DNA of 63,797 nucleotides, filler included, from Cercozoa sp. M6MM (GCA_040357565.1; 9 parts of 9 records of this genome joined end to end with filler, not necessarily neighbours in it), one strand, 5' to 3'; positions 43,298 to 56,476 are shown, counted from the first letter of the whole stretch. Translations and numbers: made by a program. Notes: generated by a model not told the origin, from the letters alone.

Positions 43298-44388
43298 ATG
43301 TTTAAGGTTTTCAAGCACGTGGTATGGCTTTGCTACGCGCAATCGGTTTTGTGTGTTGTCGCTGATCCGAGATTGTGTGCTGTGTTCTTTTTGTACGAGC
43401 GCAGTTCGCGAAGGGCGTGTACCAGGCGGAGAGCCAGTACGTGCCTTCAATGGGGCTGTTCTATCAGCACTCTGCGCGTATGATGTCGCTTCTTTCCTGT
43501 ACCCTGTGCATTTTGATTTGAATCTGTACGCAGAGAACATCGATGGTGAGACGGTCTCGATGGAAGAGTACCGCGGCAACGTGATCATGGTGATTAACGT
43601 AGCCTCTAAGTGAGGGTAAGCTGTGTTTAATCTCAAGTCGTCTTCCTATTTTGTGTGTGTGTAATGTCTCGGTAGATTGACTAAAGCCTCGTACAAGGCC
43701 ATGGAACGGCTGTACCAGGCTCACAAGGATAAGGGTTTCACGATTCTTGCCTTTCCTTGCAATCAAGTACGCTTGGATTTTGTGTGGATTTTGTCCCTGT
43801 TGGGTGCATATTCTTTGTGTTTGTGCTCCTAGTTCCTGAGTCAGGAACCTTGGGCTGAGGATAAGATCAAGGAGTTCGCCCGCGAGAAAATGGGCTACAC
43901 TGGCCCTATGTTCTCCAAGTACACTTCTCACTGCTGCCTTGTTTTTTTTTTAAGATTCCCATGCACGTGCAGGATTGAGATTAACGGCGAGAATACGCAT
44001 CCGATCTACCAGTACGCTCTTCTGTCAGTGCATCCTTTCTGTCACTATGCCAAAGTGAAACTACCACAGGTGGTTGAAGGAGATTTTCCCGGGCGATATC
44101 GTACTCTGCATTCTCACTTTTCCTGGCTCTGCGATGTGTTGTGTATTGAGTGCGCTTCTGTAGACCTGGAACTTTGCGAGCAAGTTCCTCATCGATCGCA
44201 ATGGCGTTCCTGTGCGTCGCTTTGACAAGAGCGAGTCCTGGGAGGTGCCTTTAATCTTGCATCTTATGCTGTTTTAATTTTCTTGGTATTATGCTGCTGT
44301 TTGATGCAACCTGCAGTCCATCGAGGAATCCATCGTGCAGTTGTGCGAAGCTGAGGTCGAGGAGACGGGCTCTGCTGCCGCCATCTAA
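43298..44388 (+). CDS. GPX: Selenocysteine-containing glutathione peroxidase (PHGPx/GPx4-like)
   Basis: GNVIMVINVASK-TGA(43611-43613)-G|LTK, GFTILAFPCNQF..QEP, MFSKIEING..HPIYQWLK and TWNFASKFLIDRNG. The TGA occupies the catalytic C/U position. TAA stop at 44386-44388. Confidence 0.95.
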
Positions 44389-44435
44389 ACAGTGCGTACG
44401 CCCTTAAATGCATCAAAGTCGAGCGAAATCGCCCC

Positions 44436-44588
44436 CACAATTTGTCTATCCGTGACGGCTGTTGCGTCAATGGTCTGCAACCCTTTGTTTTTTTATGTGT
44501 CTGTCTGTGTGTCAAGCGATCCTCATTTTGGTCTCATGCAGTCACCGACACCGCTTCAGCCCGATTTTTCTTCTGTGACGAATTTGTG
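44436..44588 (+). promoter_or_regulatory. Type II SECIS element, interrupted by a 69-nt intron (44473-44541)
   Basis: Spliced sequence is GTGAC-GGCTG-TT-GCG-TC-AA-TG|TC-ACC-GACA-C-CGC-TT-CAGCC-CGAT. It has the UGA/GA core, a 12-nt helix II arm, unpaired AA and a TGTC/GACA mini-helix. Helix I is AATTTGTC/GACGAATT. Confidence 0.85.
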
Positions 44589-44826
44589 CCCCCCGTTTTC
44601 CTCGCTTTTGGCGCGTGATTTGAAGCTGGGTTAGTTATAAATAAATAACGTCTGTTGACTACTTTATCTCGCGTCGTCTTAGTCCGGAAACTGAAACCCA
44701 GCCTCAATGGCGTGATCTAACAAGCTTGTTCTCCATCGGCAAAACGCGGGAACCCAGCCATGTTTTTCGTGGGTTTTTTGGATCGTTAGAAGTGCGCAAC
44801 GTTGTGCCGCAATATATAAAGCTCTG

Positions 44827-45713
44827 ATGAATCCATTCAAACGCTCAACAAAGCGCTTCTCTGGTGCCAAACTATTTTCGTGGTTCGTTTGTTTGTGCAT
44901 TGTTTTGCAGTTGGCGGAAAGCCGTTGCCGTCGCCAGCGCAACCATCATCACTGCAGAAGCGACCGCGCCGTGTGGTACTTTGAGCATGACGGCATGAAT
45001 GCGCAAACTTTTGCTTTGGCAGGGCCGTGTCAAGTCAAGCGGCGACCCAATACCCATGCGTATCCCGATTGAAGGTACCTTGGAAATAACAGAATACAAA
45101 GAACCCGTTTGTGGATGTCTGTGTGTTTACAGAGAAAAAACCGCCAAAAAAGAAGCGTCGCATTATCAACAATTTCGTCCCGACCACGGAGCATATGTTG
45201 TTCACGGACCGGAAGACAAATCTGCATGGCGGGAAGAAAGTGCTTGGTTCCACCACGCAAATCGACATTAGTGATGTGTATTGATTTTGTTGTGTTGTTG
45301 TTTTACCACTTTACCTTCTCCGTCTCATTTTCTAGGCCACGTGTTGCTTCGTTTGGTGCCGTGAAGAAAAGCACCAACAACCTGTCGGATCAGCAGGTGC
45401 CTGCTTCCGCTTATCTTTTTCAGAGGAACCATATTTTGTTTCGTTTTTCATTTGTGCAGAAGCATGTGCTTGAAACTGTGCTGAAACGTCGGCGGTCGGT
45501 GTTTTTCACGGGTGCTGCTGGCACCGGCAAGTCCTTCCTGTTGCGTCATCTGATCAAGTGTCTGCCTGACGTACGATTTAGTTCCTTTACCCTTTTGTCT
45601 TCATACCTTCGATCTTTTTGCAGGATGGAACCACGGCTGTTACAGCATCAACCGGACTCGCAGCGACTGCACTCAAAGGTAACTGCCAATGTTACCATTA
45701 CCGTTGCCTTCTA

Positions 45714-45770
<57 letters not shown>

Positions 45771-48157
45771 ACATACACGAACACACACAGGTACAACGCT
45801 GCACGCGTTCTGTGGTGCCGGTGCTGTTCTGGGCGACCCTCGTGCCACACCTATGGCTGTTGCACGGTACCTTTTCTGTGTGTGTAACCTTTGTGCCCGC
45901 ATTTGCCTCCTTTTGTTTGGCCAGTCGCGTGCAGTCGCAGCGCAAAGCGATCGAGCGTTGGCGACGCACGCGAGTTCTTGTTGTTGGTACCCCCCCCCCC
46001 CCGTCCCTTCTGTGGTATCTTTAATATACCTTCCGCTGCTTTAGACGAAATCTCCATGGTGTCGGCGCACCTCTTCGATCAAATAGAGTTTGTTGCGCGC
46101 AAGATTCGCGGCAACTCCCGACCGTTCGGTGGTATCTGTCTCGTGCTCTGCGGCGACTTTCTGCAGCTTCCGGTATCTTACATTCCTCAAATTACGATAA
46201 CTTATTTGTATACTTTTCATTGTGTAGCCAGTATCCAAGAACTCGACGTGCAAGTTCGCCTTTGAGGCTGCTTCATGGCGTCAGTGCATTTCGCTCGAGG
46301 TCGAGTTGACGCACGTGTTTCGACAGCAGGGCGACAAGGTGTTCGCGCGCATGGTACGCTGCACTTTAATTCCGTCTTTTTTATTCGTGTTTACATTCTT
46401 TTGTGTTCCTAGTTGAACGAGCTGAGATACGGTGTGCTCAAAGACGAGACGCTTCAATCGCTGCGCAAATGCGTCAATGCACATGCTTCCAACGCTTCTG
46501 ACAGTGCCTCGTATTGCACATTTGTTCTGCATAGTGTAAAGGGAGGAAGGCTCTGCGTATGTCCAACAGAGGCATGAGAGCGACGCGACTTCTACCGCAC
46601 CGAGCGCGTGTGCAACGCGAAAACAGCGCCGCGTTGGCGAAACTTCGAGGACAAATGGTAAGTTTCTCTGCCCTTTACGTTCCATATATACTGAGTTCTC
46701 TCCTTGACCCTTCCAGGAGACGATCCGTGCACGCGACATAACGCGACAGAGTCGTTTCTTACCCAACGGCAGCAAAGAACTGCAGCAGGCACTCGACAAG
46801 TCTACGCCTGTCGCACAGGTATAAAACACCTGGTGCAGTTGCTTGCTGGTTTTCCAGGACGCTGTTGTGTGTGTTGTCAGCAAATTCAGCTGAAGGAAGG
46901 CGCGCGCGTGATTCTGCTCAAGAATGTCGACCCTGCACTGGGCCTTGCCAACGGTTCGCGTGGAACCGTGATCAGTCTTATCGATGCTCATGTACTGCTG
47001 TATTGACGGGTTTGCTAGACTGCAGAGTACACGATATGCTACAGGCACAATCAGGACGCCGTTCTCAAACGCCGAATATGCTTCCACTTGTGCGTTTTGA
47101 CAACGGCTGTGAAAAGGTGCACTCTGTCTGCGGATATGGACGTGTGTGTGTGTATGTATGTGTGTGTGTGTGTGTATGTGTGATGGGCTCTTGAACAGGT
47201 GATTGAACGCTGCGAGTTTGAGGTTCGCGACGGCAATGGACAGATCAAGTGCGTGCGCGTCCAGGTGCCGCTTGCGCTGGCGTGGGCACTCACGATTCAC
47301 AAGTGCCAGGTACTATCCTTGTTTGGGCTCCTAGCATGCTTTGTGTGTTTGTGTACGTTATTGCGTGCAGGGTTTAACGTTGGACAGCGCCGTTGTCGAT
47401 TTGGCACCGTGTTTTGAGTACGGAATGGCCTATGTTGCCCTGTCTCGTGTCGTGTCTTTAAAGGGTACCACAATGCGCATGATCGGACACTTTTACTATG
47501 TTGTTTGTCCATTGTTTGTGTTAGGTCTGTCACTGCTGTCGTTTCGAAAAGACGTGATTCGCGCGAACCCGGCTGTTCTCAAGTTCTACCGCGACTTTCA
47601 TCTGCGACGACGTGGCAGCGTATCAATCCCTGTGCGTGTGTCGCATTTTTCATACACTTGCGCGTAGGGCAAGGTGCCAGAGCTGCTGCAATTGGCTTTG
47701 CGTAAGCACGGCATTTTTGCCGACGAAAGCAACGAAACTCAACGATCAACGGCAGCGCCGAGTATGCTTCCTTTTCACTTTGTTGCCTCGATCCATTGTT
47801 TTGCAATTATTTGGGCTTACAGTAACTCCAGTGCGACAGGAAACACCAAAGACACTGGCAGAATTCGCCTTGGCCGCGCAGCTGTACCGCCAGCAGCTGG
47901 GCAGTGATTTGAGCAAGAGCGAGAATACAAGCGGCACAAGCATCGTCAAACGGGAGAGTCCCTCCATTCCAGTCTCCCAATTTGACAGAGAAAGCAAGAG
48001 CGACATCAAGGATAGAACGCGAATTGTCACACGAAGTAGCAGCGATGTCACAGCTGCCAATTCGGCCGCCAGTTCGGCTGCAGCGCCAGTTCGAGTTGCG
48101 ACACAAAGCTCAAGCTCGCAGTTCGAGTTCGATGACGACTTCGATCTGGAATTTTGA
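44827..48157 (+). CDS. PIF1: PIF1-family 5'-3' DNA helicase
   Basis: [81 protein letters not shown] and [10 protein letters not shown]. Confidence 0.96.
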
Positions 48158-48294
48158 CCGACTCACCGTCACGTCAATTGCAAGGCCGCGGCGAATCCAA
48201 TCAGTCATCAGATCGATATCAGGACGTTACCGTACATAGTAAATTTATATCATACGATATGCCACAGTAAGTTAAGCCTCTGGTTTTCGTTACG

Positions 48295-49904
48295 TTAGTA
48301 TGGTCGAGCAGGCACGTGTCGAGCGGACTTGCGGCGGTTTGAGCTGTGCCGTTGGTGCCGTTGCACACTGGAGCCCGTAATGGGGATAAAAGAAGGCTGG
48401 TTCGACCTCGATTGCGAGCGTGTGGCCGGCATCGGAATGCAGTTGCGTGGGACGCTCGTGCTTGAACTTGGTGGGCGAAAGCTCCTTATCTTGTTGCCAT
48501 TTCGTATGCGACTCCCGGCCAGTATCGTGCTGCTTGAGTAGGTCCCCACATCAGGCGCTGTCATGTCGAACGCTTGCGAGCGACTTGTTTTCCGTGGAAG
48601 CGTCGACTGTGAGTGACCGTACTCCAGATTATGTAGCGACGTCACATGAGGTCTCGAACGGCGACAGTTTGAAGGACGGTGGTGCTTGCTTGCAGCGGGA
48701 GGGGCGAGACTTGCCAATGATTCGGACTGGGAAGGTTTGAAATAGTTCCGTGAGCGTCGGCTACCGCCATTGCGCTTCGCTTTCGCGGCGGCGCGTCTAA
48801 AACAGTTAAGCATACTGACACAAATTAAGATCACACAAGGGGGTTTTACTGTTTTTCGCGAACCAGCTGCAAGAACTTTTTTTCGGTTTGTACGCTTGCT
48901 GCAAGTTTTTTTGTCGCTTCTCGCAGCTTTCTGCCAAAAGCAAAACATGTGTTCGACAGTTCACCGTGCATATTTTCTTTTCAAATTACGTGACTTTGTT
49001 TTGCAGCGTTTCGAGTGTTTGCTGCGCACGTGCTAGTATCTGTGACGTTTGTTGAAATGACTTGTTCATTGGCCGAAGGCGACGTTCCTGAAACTCTTGC
49101 TGCAATTGTTTTTGCTCGCGGAGCGAGTTTCGCAAACGGACGGCACGTTGCTTTTGCTTGTGGTAAACTTCTGCCTTGGCTTTTAGCTGTTTCTGTAAAG
49201 CGATCACCCTTGGACTCGCTACTTGACGCGATAGAAAGGCAACACTAAGGGACAGATCCAGTATCAACAAGCCAAAGAGACGAGCAGTTGAAGCGCGAAC
49301 CTGTTTTGTGACTCCAAAAAAACAAGCGCTTTTGCATAGTCAGCAAACAGTTGCGACAGCCGAACTCCGTACAAAACGTTGGTTTTGCGCAAAGCATGGT
49401 GACCCTTTTTCAGCAGCGAAGGGTTAAACTTGCTAATTTTGCCTGGCCTTGTTTTACACACTGCGCAACGATTCTTGTTCGCGACTGTCCGAGCGCAGCT
49501 TGAGCAAAAGATGTGACCGCTGCAATGGTATTTTTAATTTGCATTATTCGGTGTATTTGTCGCTTAAGGCAAAGCACTAGTACCATACAGTCTTGCCGAA
49601 TATTGTACAGCTTGAAGTACAACAATGGTTGCACCTAACAAAGATGGAAGCGACCAGGTCCTGCAAGTTTAGAAACGAGACTCCAATGCTGAAACACACC
49701 GAAAAGTGCGCAGACACGCCTGCGCAGACATCTGGCACACCCCAACGTTCGCAGGGTAGACCGTGAGCGTAGCAAAGTGGCGTTACTCAGCCAAGTTGTT
49801 CCTCTGGTCAATTTATCATATGGACGCCAAAACGGAGACCAATCCGCGCGGATATTGGATTTACTTTTTCCAGTCCGCATGCGACGACCAGGACGAGACT
49901 GCAT
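48295..49904 (-). CDS. Unknown basic coiled-coil protein
   Basis: Several GT-AG exons with K/Q/R-rich heptads (LQKQLKAKAEVYHKQKQRAVRLRNSLREQKQLQQEFQE) and an S/R-rich last exon. Start uncertain. Confidence 0.45.
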
Positions 49905-49997
49905 ATCGTAAACACTCAAAGCACCCAAACAGCCGAGCTGTGCTTTCTAGAGAGAGGCCAAAAGTCCAGAGGAAGGGGTGAAGTCCACGCGTAATAC

Positions 49998-50102
49998 GAA
50001 ACTAACTACGTCGCGTGGTTCCCTGCACCGGTCTGGGTCACAAGGGCATGGTCGTGTCTACGGAGACCCGCTTAGGGTAGGACCATACAACTCCCCTTTT
50101 GA
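49998..50102. repeat. Second copy of the short dispersed element at 42126-42228
   Basis: Shared blocks CCCTGCACC, GGGTCACAAG, CGTGTCTAC, CCCGCTTAGGGTAGGAC and ATACAACTCCCCTTTTGA, with the same right boundary. Confidence 0.8.
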
Positions 50103-50201
50103 CGTTCCCTAAACAACGAAGCCGAGTTCATCGTATAGTAGCGTACGTACGGTAGAACTGACTATACGTCCGATTATTCAGGCCCGGTTTCGATCGCGAA
50201 G

Positions 50202-51871
50202 CTAATCAGAATTCACATCTGAAGAGTCTTCTTGAAGCGCCATTTCTTGCACGAAGACCTCCTGCACCAGGAAGGAGCGCCAGGTGTCTGTGTACTTCTC
50301 TGGCTCACGCACCGGCAGCTGCGCACATACAACTTTGCTGATCTCGAGGAGGGAAACACGTCAAGAAACGCACCTCATTATGCGTGCCAAGTTCGAACGA
50401 GACAAAACGTGTCCTTCTTGAGGTCGCAGCCTCGCTATATTACAGAGAGAAGAGATAAAAAGGACAGTCAACAAGGACAAATGAGCAGGGGGTACTGCAA
50501 CTGACGCATCTGGGTCGGTGGGATCAATTCGTCCCTCTCGGACGACAGCAGAAGCAGCGGACACTGCACGGACGGAATACGCTCGAGTGAGCGCCAGTGC
50601 ATGCGCAACAGCAATCCTATGGAAGCAACATGACGGTGATGGAGAGGGGTGAGAATGGATCATCAGCGTAGTTGAAGGGCCATGCACTACCCTTGAGAAG
50701 AGCGAGCGGTCGCGGCATCAGCGCGTCCACCATATCGGCCACCGAGGTGAACGTGTTTTCCAGTGCCACGGCACGCAGGTACTCACCGTGCGTCTCGTGC
50801 CTACCCAAGCATACAGCAACATGAGGACATTATCCATAAGGGAAAGCAAAGTAAGGACCAAGGAAGCAAAGGTGTACAAGGCAAGTGCGACAGCGCCACC
50901 GAGTGATCGGCCGTACACGATGATCTTCGACCTAGGCAAAGGATGGGCTAAACCTGAAAACAAACGCGAAAGATATAGCAACTCACATATCAACGTCACC
51001 GCGGTTGCGCAAGTAATCAAGTGACGCACGTGCGTCCAAAACGAGACCTACCAGACGGCAGCAGAGTATAGAAACAACAGAAAAGGTGTACAGGACAGAG
51101 ATACCCTCCTCAGACGGCTCACCCTCTGACTCTGCGTAGCCACGGTAGTCACTGATCCAACAAAAGAGTCAGTAGCCATACAGAGAGGTAAGGGAAGGGA
51201 GGCTACATGATGAGCACGTTGAGACCAAGTTCGACGAGCTGCTTCATGTTGAACAGACGGAAGCCGCGGTTGCCCGCGTTGCCGTGGAAAAAAATCACCT
51301 GTTAAGTCAACAGGTAAGAAGCAAGGATGCGATGCGTCTAACACAGCGTACAGTAGGCTGTTGCGTGTAGTCACCAGGCAGGAAGCCACGGTGCCGCGGC
51401 GCACGCATGAACCATCCGTGGATACGCTTTCCATCCTATGGTTCGAAGAAAGGGTCATGGGGTAAAAGGCAAAGCAGGAAGCACACAACTGGATCCAAAG
51501 CAACCTCAGTGACATAGACGGCCTCGTCGTATTCGATTCCGTGTTCGTTCGGCCGTCCTGTTAAAGTGCAGACGTACATTTGTGTCGATTTGTCACGTTA
51601 AAGTAGTACGGAAGTAGGGCGGGTTCTTTGACGGCGTTTTGAACTGCGGCATGTGGTGGTTCTGCCAATCACACAATCACATGTATCGCAACGTAGGAAC
51701 AATGCTCTGCAAAGTACCATGTAGAGAAGCTTCTCTTGGTACACGTACACCAAGCCAAGCAATCCGGCAGTCAGCGCAGCCACCCCGGCTACAAACGAGA
51801 AAGAGCAATGAGAGTGCCCAACCACATGGCTGACGCAATATCAAGGCACCTCCAATTAAACGTAGGTTCAT
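50202..51871 (-). CDS. ABHD13: Alpha/beta hydrolase ABHD13/Bem46
   Basis: N-terminal anchor GLLGLVYVYQEKLLY, FFHGNAGN, DYRGYAESEGEPSEEG, nucleophile elbow YGRSLGGAVA and LENTFTSVADM. Confidence 0.92.
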
Positions 51872-52255
51872 CTCGAAGAACCAGACTGCTGCGACTGCAC
51901 AAAGAACGACGTTTACTCGTGACGGTCCCTCAATCTATTGATCTGAAACCCACCTCCAAGACAGAAGAAGGCAGCCCAAGTCGCGTATACGTTCATATCT
52001 GACACGTGGGAGCCCCTTACAATGACTTTTGACAGCGCACTGCAGCTGGGTATTAAATGCTACTCCCTTAACCAAATGCGTTGACAGAATGCCGCAACCG
52101 CGCCCTGCAAACACGGCAGCACAGCGGTGGGAGTGTGTCTAGAAGCAGGGTAGCCCAACTTTAAATCACGCACGTGTCCGATCATCTCGAATGAGATAGT
52201 GGCGAGTCTTTTTTTTTTGTCACTGTGGCTGGTGTGTATTGTTCGCAGAGCACGC

Positions 52256-53709
52256 ATGGTGTCGCAGAAGCAGTTGCGTACCCAGCTGCGCCGCGAGCTC
52301 GCCAAGCCTGGGAACAACACGTGCGCGGACTGTGACTCACCTGGACCGGTGCGTTTCGAGTTTCCCTGCTTACTATCTTTTTTACACCTGTCTGTTGCCC
52401 TATGTAGACCTGGGCGAGCTGTAACCTCGGCGTGTTTCTATGCATCCGATGCGCAGGTTGTCACCGCTCACTCGGCACACACTGTTTGTTCCTTACCCTC
52501 TCTGCTCCATGTACCCCTTTTATCCCTTTGTCCTTTGCAAAAACAAAACAGTATCACGCATTCGATCGACGGAGCTGGATTCGTGGCAGCCGGAAACCGT
52601 CGCTTTCTTGTGCCGCGTGGGCAATGGTACTAGTTCTACACGCTTCTTCTACACACTTCCTTCACTAAACTTCCTCCTTTCTGTGTTCGTAGTGCGTGCG
52701 AATCGCGTGTGGGCGGCGTCGCTGCAGCCGCATGAGAAAATCAATGCTGCCACACCTGACTCGTACTGCTAGACAATATAATTCCTGTTGTATTTTTACA
52801 CATCTGTATACACTTATGATTTTTTCAGGGAAGCTCAGCGTTTTATTACTGCGAAATACGCACTGAGGTAGGTCGTATAGTGTACGTATCATAATGTACC
52901 GATGTCTTTTTATGTCTTTGTAAGCGTACGTGTCTATTGGGGGTGCAGGCGCTGGATCGGCAGCGTAGAGGAGACGCCGCGTGAGCAGCTGCAGCGCATG
53001 TCGACGCCATCGCCCACTGCGACTTCGTGTATCCTATGTTCTTCCCTACCCCTCCCCCGTTGATCTTGTTGATCCTGTTTAACCGTGTAGCCAGTGAGCC
53101 GGAGGAGAGCGTTTTCGACTTTCTCGGCACTGGTGTCACCGAGAGCACCTCTAATCAGGGTCAACAGGGACACCAGGACCAGCAGGGAAACCACAATTAC
53201 CAGGGCGAATCGGACAATGCTGTGTCGCCGTTCGACTTTTTGATGTCGTCGACGGGTCCCTCCAGTGACACCAACAGCAACAGCGTGGTCTCGGAGGACG
53301 CTTCCTCTGACCTGTTCGCCGACATGCAAACACAGACGCAGCCGCAAACGCCGATGCAGGCACAGCCAACTGCAGTACGTACCACCTACACTTGTAGCCA
53401 GGAGGTGCGTCATGGTGTGTGTGTGAGTGTGTGTGTGTGTGTGCAGGCAAGGAGTGCTGCCCCGTTGACACTGTCCGAGCGTCGTGCACTGGCACGGCAG
53501 CGGCACTGCGCTTCGCCGTGGGTGCGTCGTGAAACGCCAGTGTATCTTCTGTCCTTAACACGTGCCGCCTTTCATTGACCCTAAGTCTATGTACGTATGT
53601 TCAGGCAACAAACTGTGCCTGTTGCGCCGGTGCAATCTGCTCCTGTGTACCTTGGCCTTTCGGGTTTTTCGTGTGTGTGTGTGTATGTGTGTGTGTGTGT
53701 GTGCGTGTG

Positions 53710-53743
<34 letters not shown>

Positions 53744-53835
53744 GCACGTGTACTTATCTCTGCAGGCCAGATACTTCCCCCACCACGCATATGGAAGATC
53801 TTTTTGCCTCTCTCACTGTCTCCAACAACAACAGC

Positions 53836-53869
<34 letters not shown>

Positions 53870-54269
53870 CCAAGAGCACCACCCGCACGCACCCTCCAGT
53901 TAGTCAGACTGCTCACACAGTCATCCCTGCCGTAGCCCCTGCTGCCGCAGCGGCACCTGTGGTATCAATCCTCACCTCCCATCGTATGGTGGTCAATTCA
54001 TTTTGGTACAGGACCCGTTCGCGGCACTCTTGGGCGGTGCCGAACTGAACAACGCACCGCTTGACAGTAGCAACATTGGTTCTCTTGGCAACGGCAGCAC
54101 CGGTGGCAGTAGACATGCCAATGACTTCAACGGCAGCAGCATCGGTTCTTCTGCTTTCGACTTCTTTGGCTCCGCGTCCGGTTCCACAAGCGACACTGCT
54201 GCGACACCATTTGCGTCTGCTGCCGACACAAACACCGGCGGTACTGCGTCCGCATTTGGCTTCATATAG
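52256..54269 (+). CDS. ArfGAP-domain protein (SMAP/AGD5-like) with low-complexity tail
   Basis: [14 protein letters not shown]|[44 protein letters not shown] and FITAKY. Tail has DPF/FDF motifs and poly-Asn. Confidence 0.92.
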
Positions 54270-54678
54270 CTTCAGCCGAGCTCGGCGTCGCGACGGACGT
54301 CCGGGGACACCATTTTCTATTATCAATACTGCGTCCAGTAGTTCAGCGATGCCTAGACAACCACTACACATGCCCAGGGTCCACTAAGGGTAAAAATAGC
54401 TTGCTCACTATTTTTACCCGACGATAGGGGAATTCCCCAGCTCACCAGCACACCCGGTACCGCAACGTGAAATAGCCCGCTGGTAGTACGTGTGCGGTGA
54501 CGTGACCAAACCGACGTAACGTAAACGAAAAACATCTAATGTGATGCGAAGTGAGGCGAGGAGAGACGAACATTTTACGTCGCGATAGGTGCACTGCCCC
54601 TACCGCACGTAGCTGTAATTGTATGCGAGGAGTGTATGATACTGTGACTGTAGCTGTGGCTGTGCCGATGCGTGTTGT

Positions 54679-56173
54679 CTATGTGCCACCGGCATCGTCG
54701 CGCTTCTCGTCGTCGAGGTCAGCTGCCGTGGTCTCGTCCAAACTGGCGTACACATCGTCATCGTCGTCGACATCATCATCGTCTTCATCGTCACGCGGGT
54801 CGCCCTCTTCTGCCGCCGCATCAGCGGCCATTGTGAAGTATTTGGTCAGATAGCCCGGCTCCAATGGCTTGTTCAACGACACCTAATTGTGAAAGGGGTA
54901 ATTGAAGTGGCAGGGCGCGGGGGGGGGGGGGGGTAAACGTACTGAGATGCGTCGCCGCCGCGCACTCGGCACCCAAACACGATTGCGGCGCGGGTCAGGC
55001 TCGGCCACGACGGCGTTGTACTCAAAGCCGCGGAACTTCCCCTGCACAGCACACATGCTTTATCAATCGTACCCCCTTCCGTGCTGGCCCACTGTACCTG
55101 TTCCTCTGGTGTGAGATGCCGCACTGGTCCCGTGTTGCCAACGAGCTGGTCTTCCAGGTCAAAGTCGCTCACGCAGTTGGCACGGTCCAGATCCGGCTGG
55201 TGCGGCGGTTTCACCTCTACTCAACTCATGGATACAGCGATAAGACAGGGACTCGAGTATAGGGGGGTAAAGGCTACCACGACTAAGCATCTTGTCCCAG
55301 TCAATGTCGCGGAAGAAGGGGTGTCGCTTGATCTCGTCGATGCCGTCGCGACCGCAGCCGAGACGCTTTTTCGGATCCTTTTGAAGCAGGCCACGCAGCA
55401 GCGACTCGGCCTATCATGACAAGGGGAGGTTAAAAGACGAGGGGTAAAGGTAGAAAGCTACCTCGGCCGAGATCTCGCGGTTGCTGTCGAAGCGCAGCGG
55501 CGACGTAGCGGCCTTGCTGTTGCTCTTGAATGGTCGGTGCAGGAACAGGAACTCGTACAGTGTCACGCCGAGTGCCCACATGTCCACTGTCGTCGTGTAC
55601 TTTTTGCGCTGGATCACTTCTGGGGCCTGGTTTTAAGACATATATTAGTTACACATACATACGCGGATAGATACAAGACAGGTGAGGTGATGGGACGAGA
55701 GGAAGTACCAGGTACAGATCGGTGCCACTCTTGCCCGATGTGCGGAACCGGTTGCGCGGTCGCAGGTGGTCGGCGATACCAAAGTCCGAAATGCGGATAT
55801 GTCCCTCGGCGTCGAACAGCAGGTTGTCCGGCTTGAGGTCGCGATACACGATATTGTACGAGTGCAACTCCTCCAGTCCGAGGATAATTTCGCACGCATA
55901 GAAACGGCACATATCCTCGCTCATGGCACCGTAGGTGTGCAGGTAATATCGCAGGTCTGCATGTACACAAAAGCATGCCTTTAGGAACATAACTCGCATA
56001 AGAATGACAGGAGTAGTACCACCGCCCTGCAGGAAGGGCATGACGAGGTAGCACTCGTGCTCGTCCTGGAAACAGTACAGCACGTGCACCAAGAAAGGTG
56101 ACTGTAGCAGTTCCATGATGTTTCGCTCCATCCAGACCGTCTTGAGGCGCGTTTCGCTTTCCACGACCGTACT
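54679..56173 (-). CDS. AGC-group Ser/Thr kinase, STK32/YANK-like, 5' partial
   Basis: ERNIMELLQSPFLV..FQDEHECYLVMPFLQGG|DLRYYL, YRDLKPDNLL..HIRISDFGIA, APE, VDMWALGVTLYEFL, HPFF..IDW and ANCVSDFDLEDQL. Confidence 0.85.
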
Positions 56174-56196
56174 CTGCAAACCCATACAAAAATATC

Positions 56197-56277
<81 letters not shown>

Positions 56278-56387
56278 NNNNNNNNNNNNNNNNNNNNNNN
56301 NNNNNNNNNNNNNNNNNNNNNTTAATTAATTAANNNNNNNNNNNNNNNNNNNNNNNNNNNNNNNNNNNNNNNNNNNNGTGTGTGTGT

Positions 56388-56459
<72 letters not shown>

Positions 56460-56476
56460 TAAGTCTGTGTGCGCAG

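Noticed and set aside
43611-43613. TGA as sign of a reassigned genetic code or a pseudogene
   Set aside because: Other genes use TGA, TAA and TAG as normal stops and TGG for Trp. The TGA is at the Sec site and a SECIS is present.
44827-48157. PIF1 as part of a Helitron
   Set aside because: No Rep/HUH domain or Helitron termini. It is an intron-rich cellular gene between host genes.
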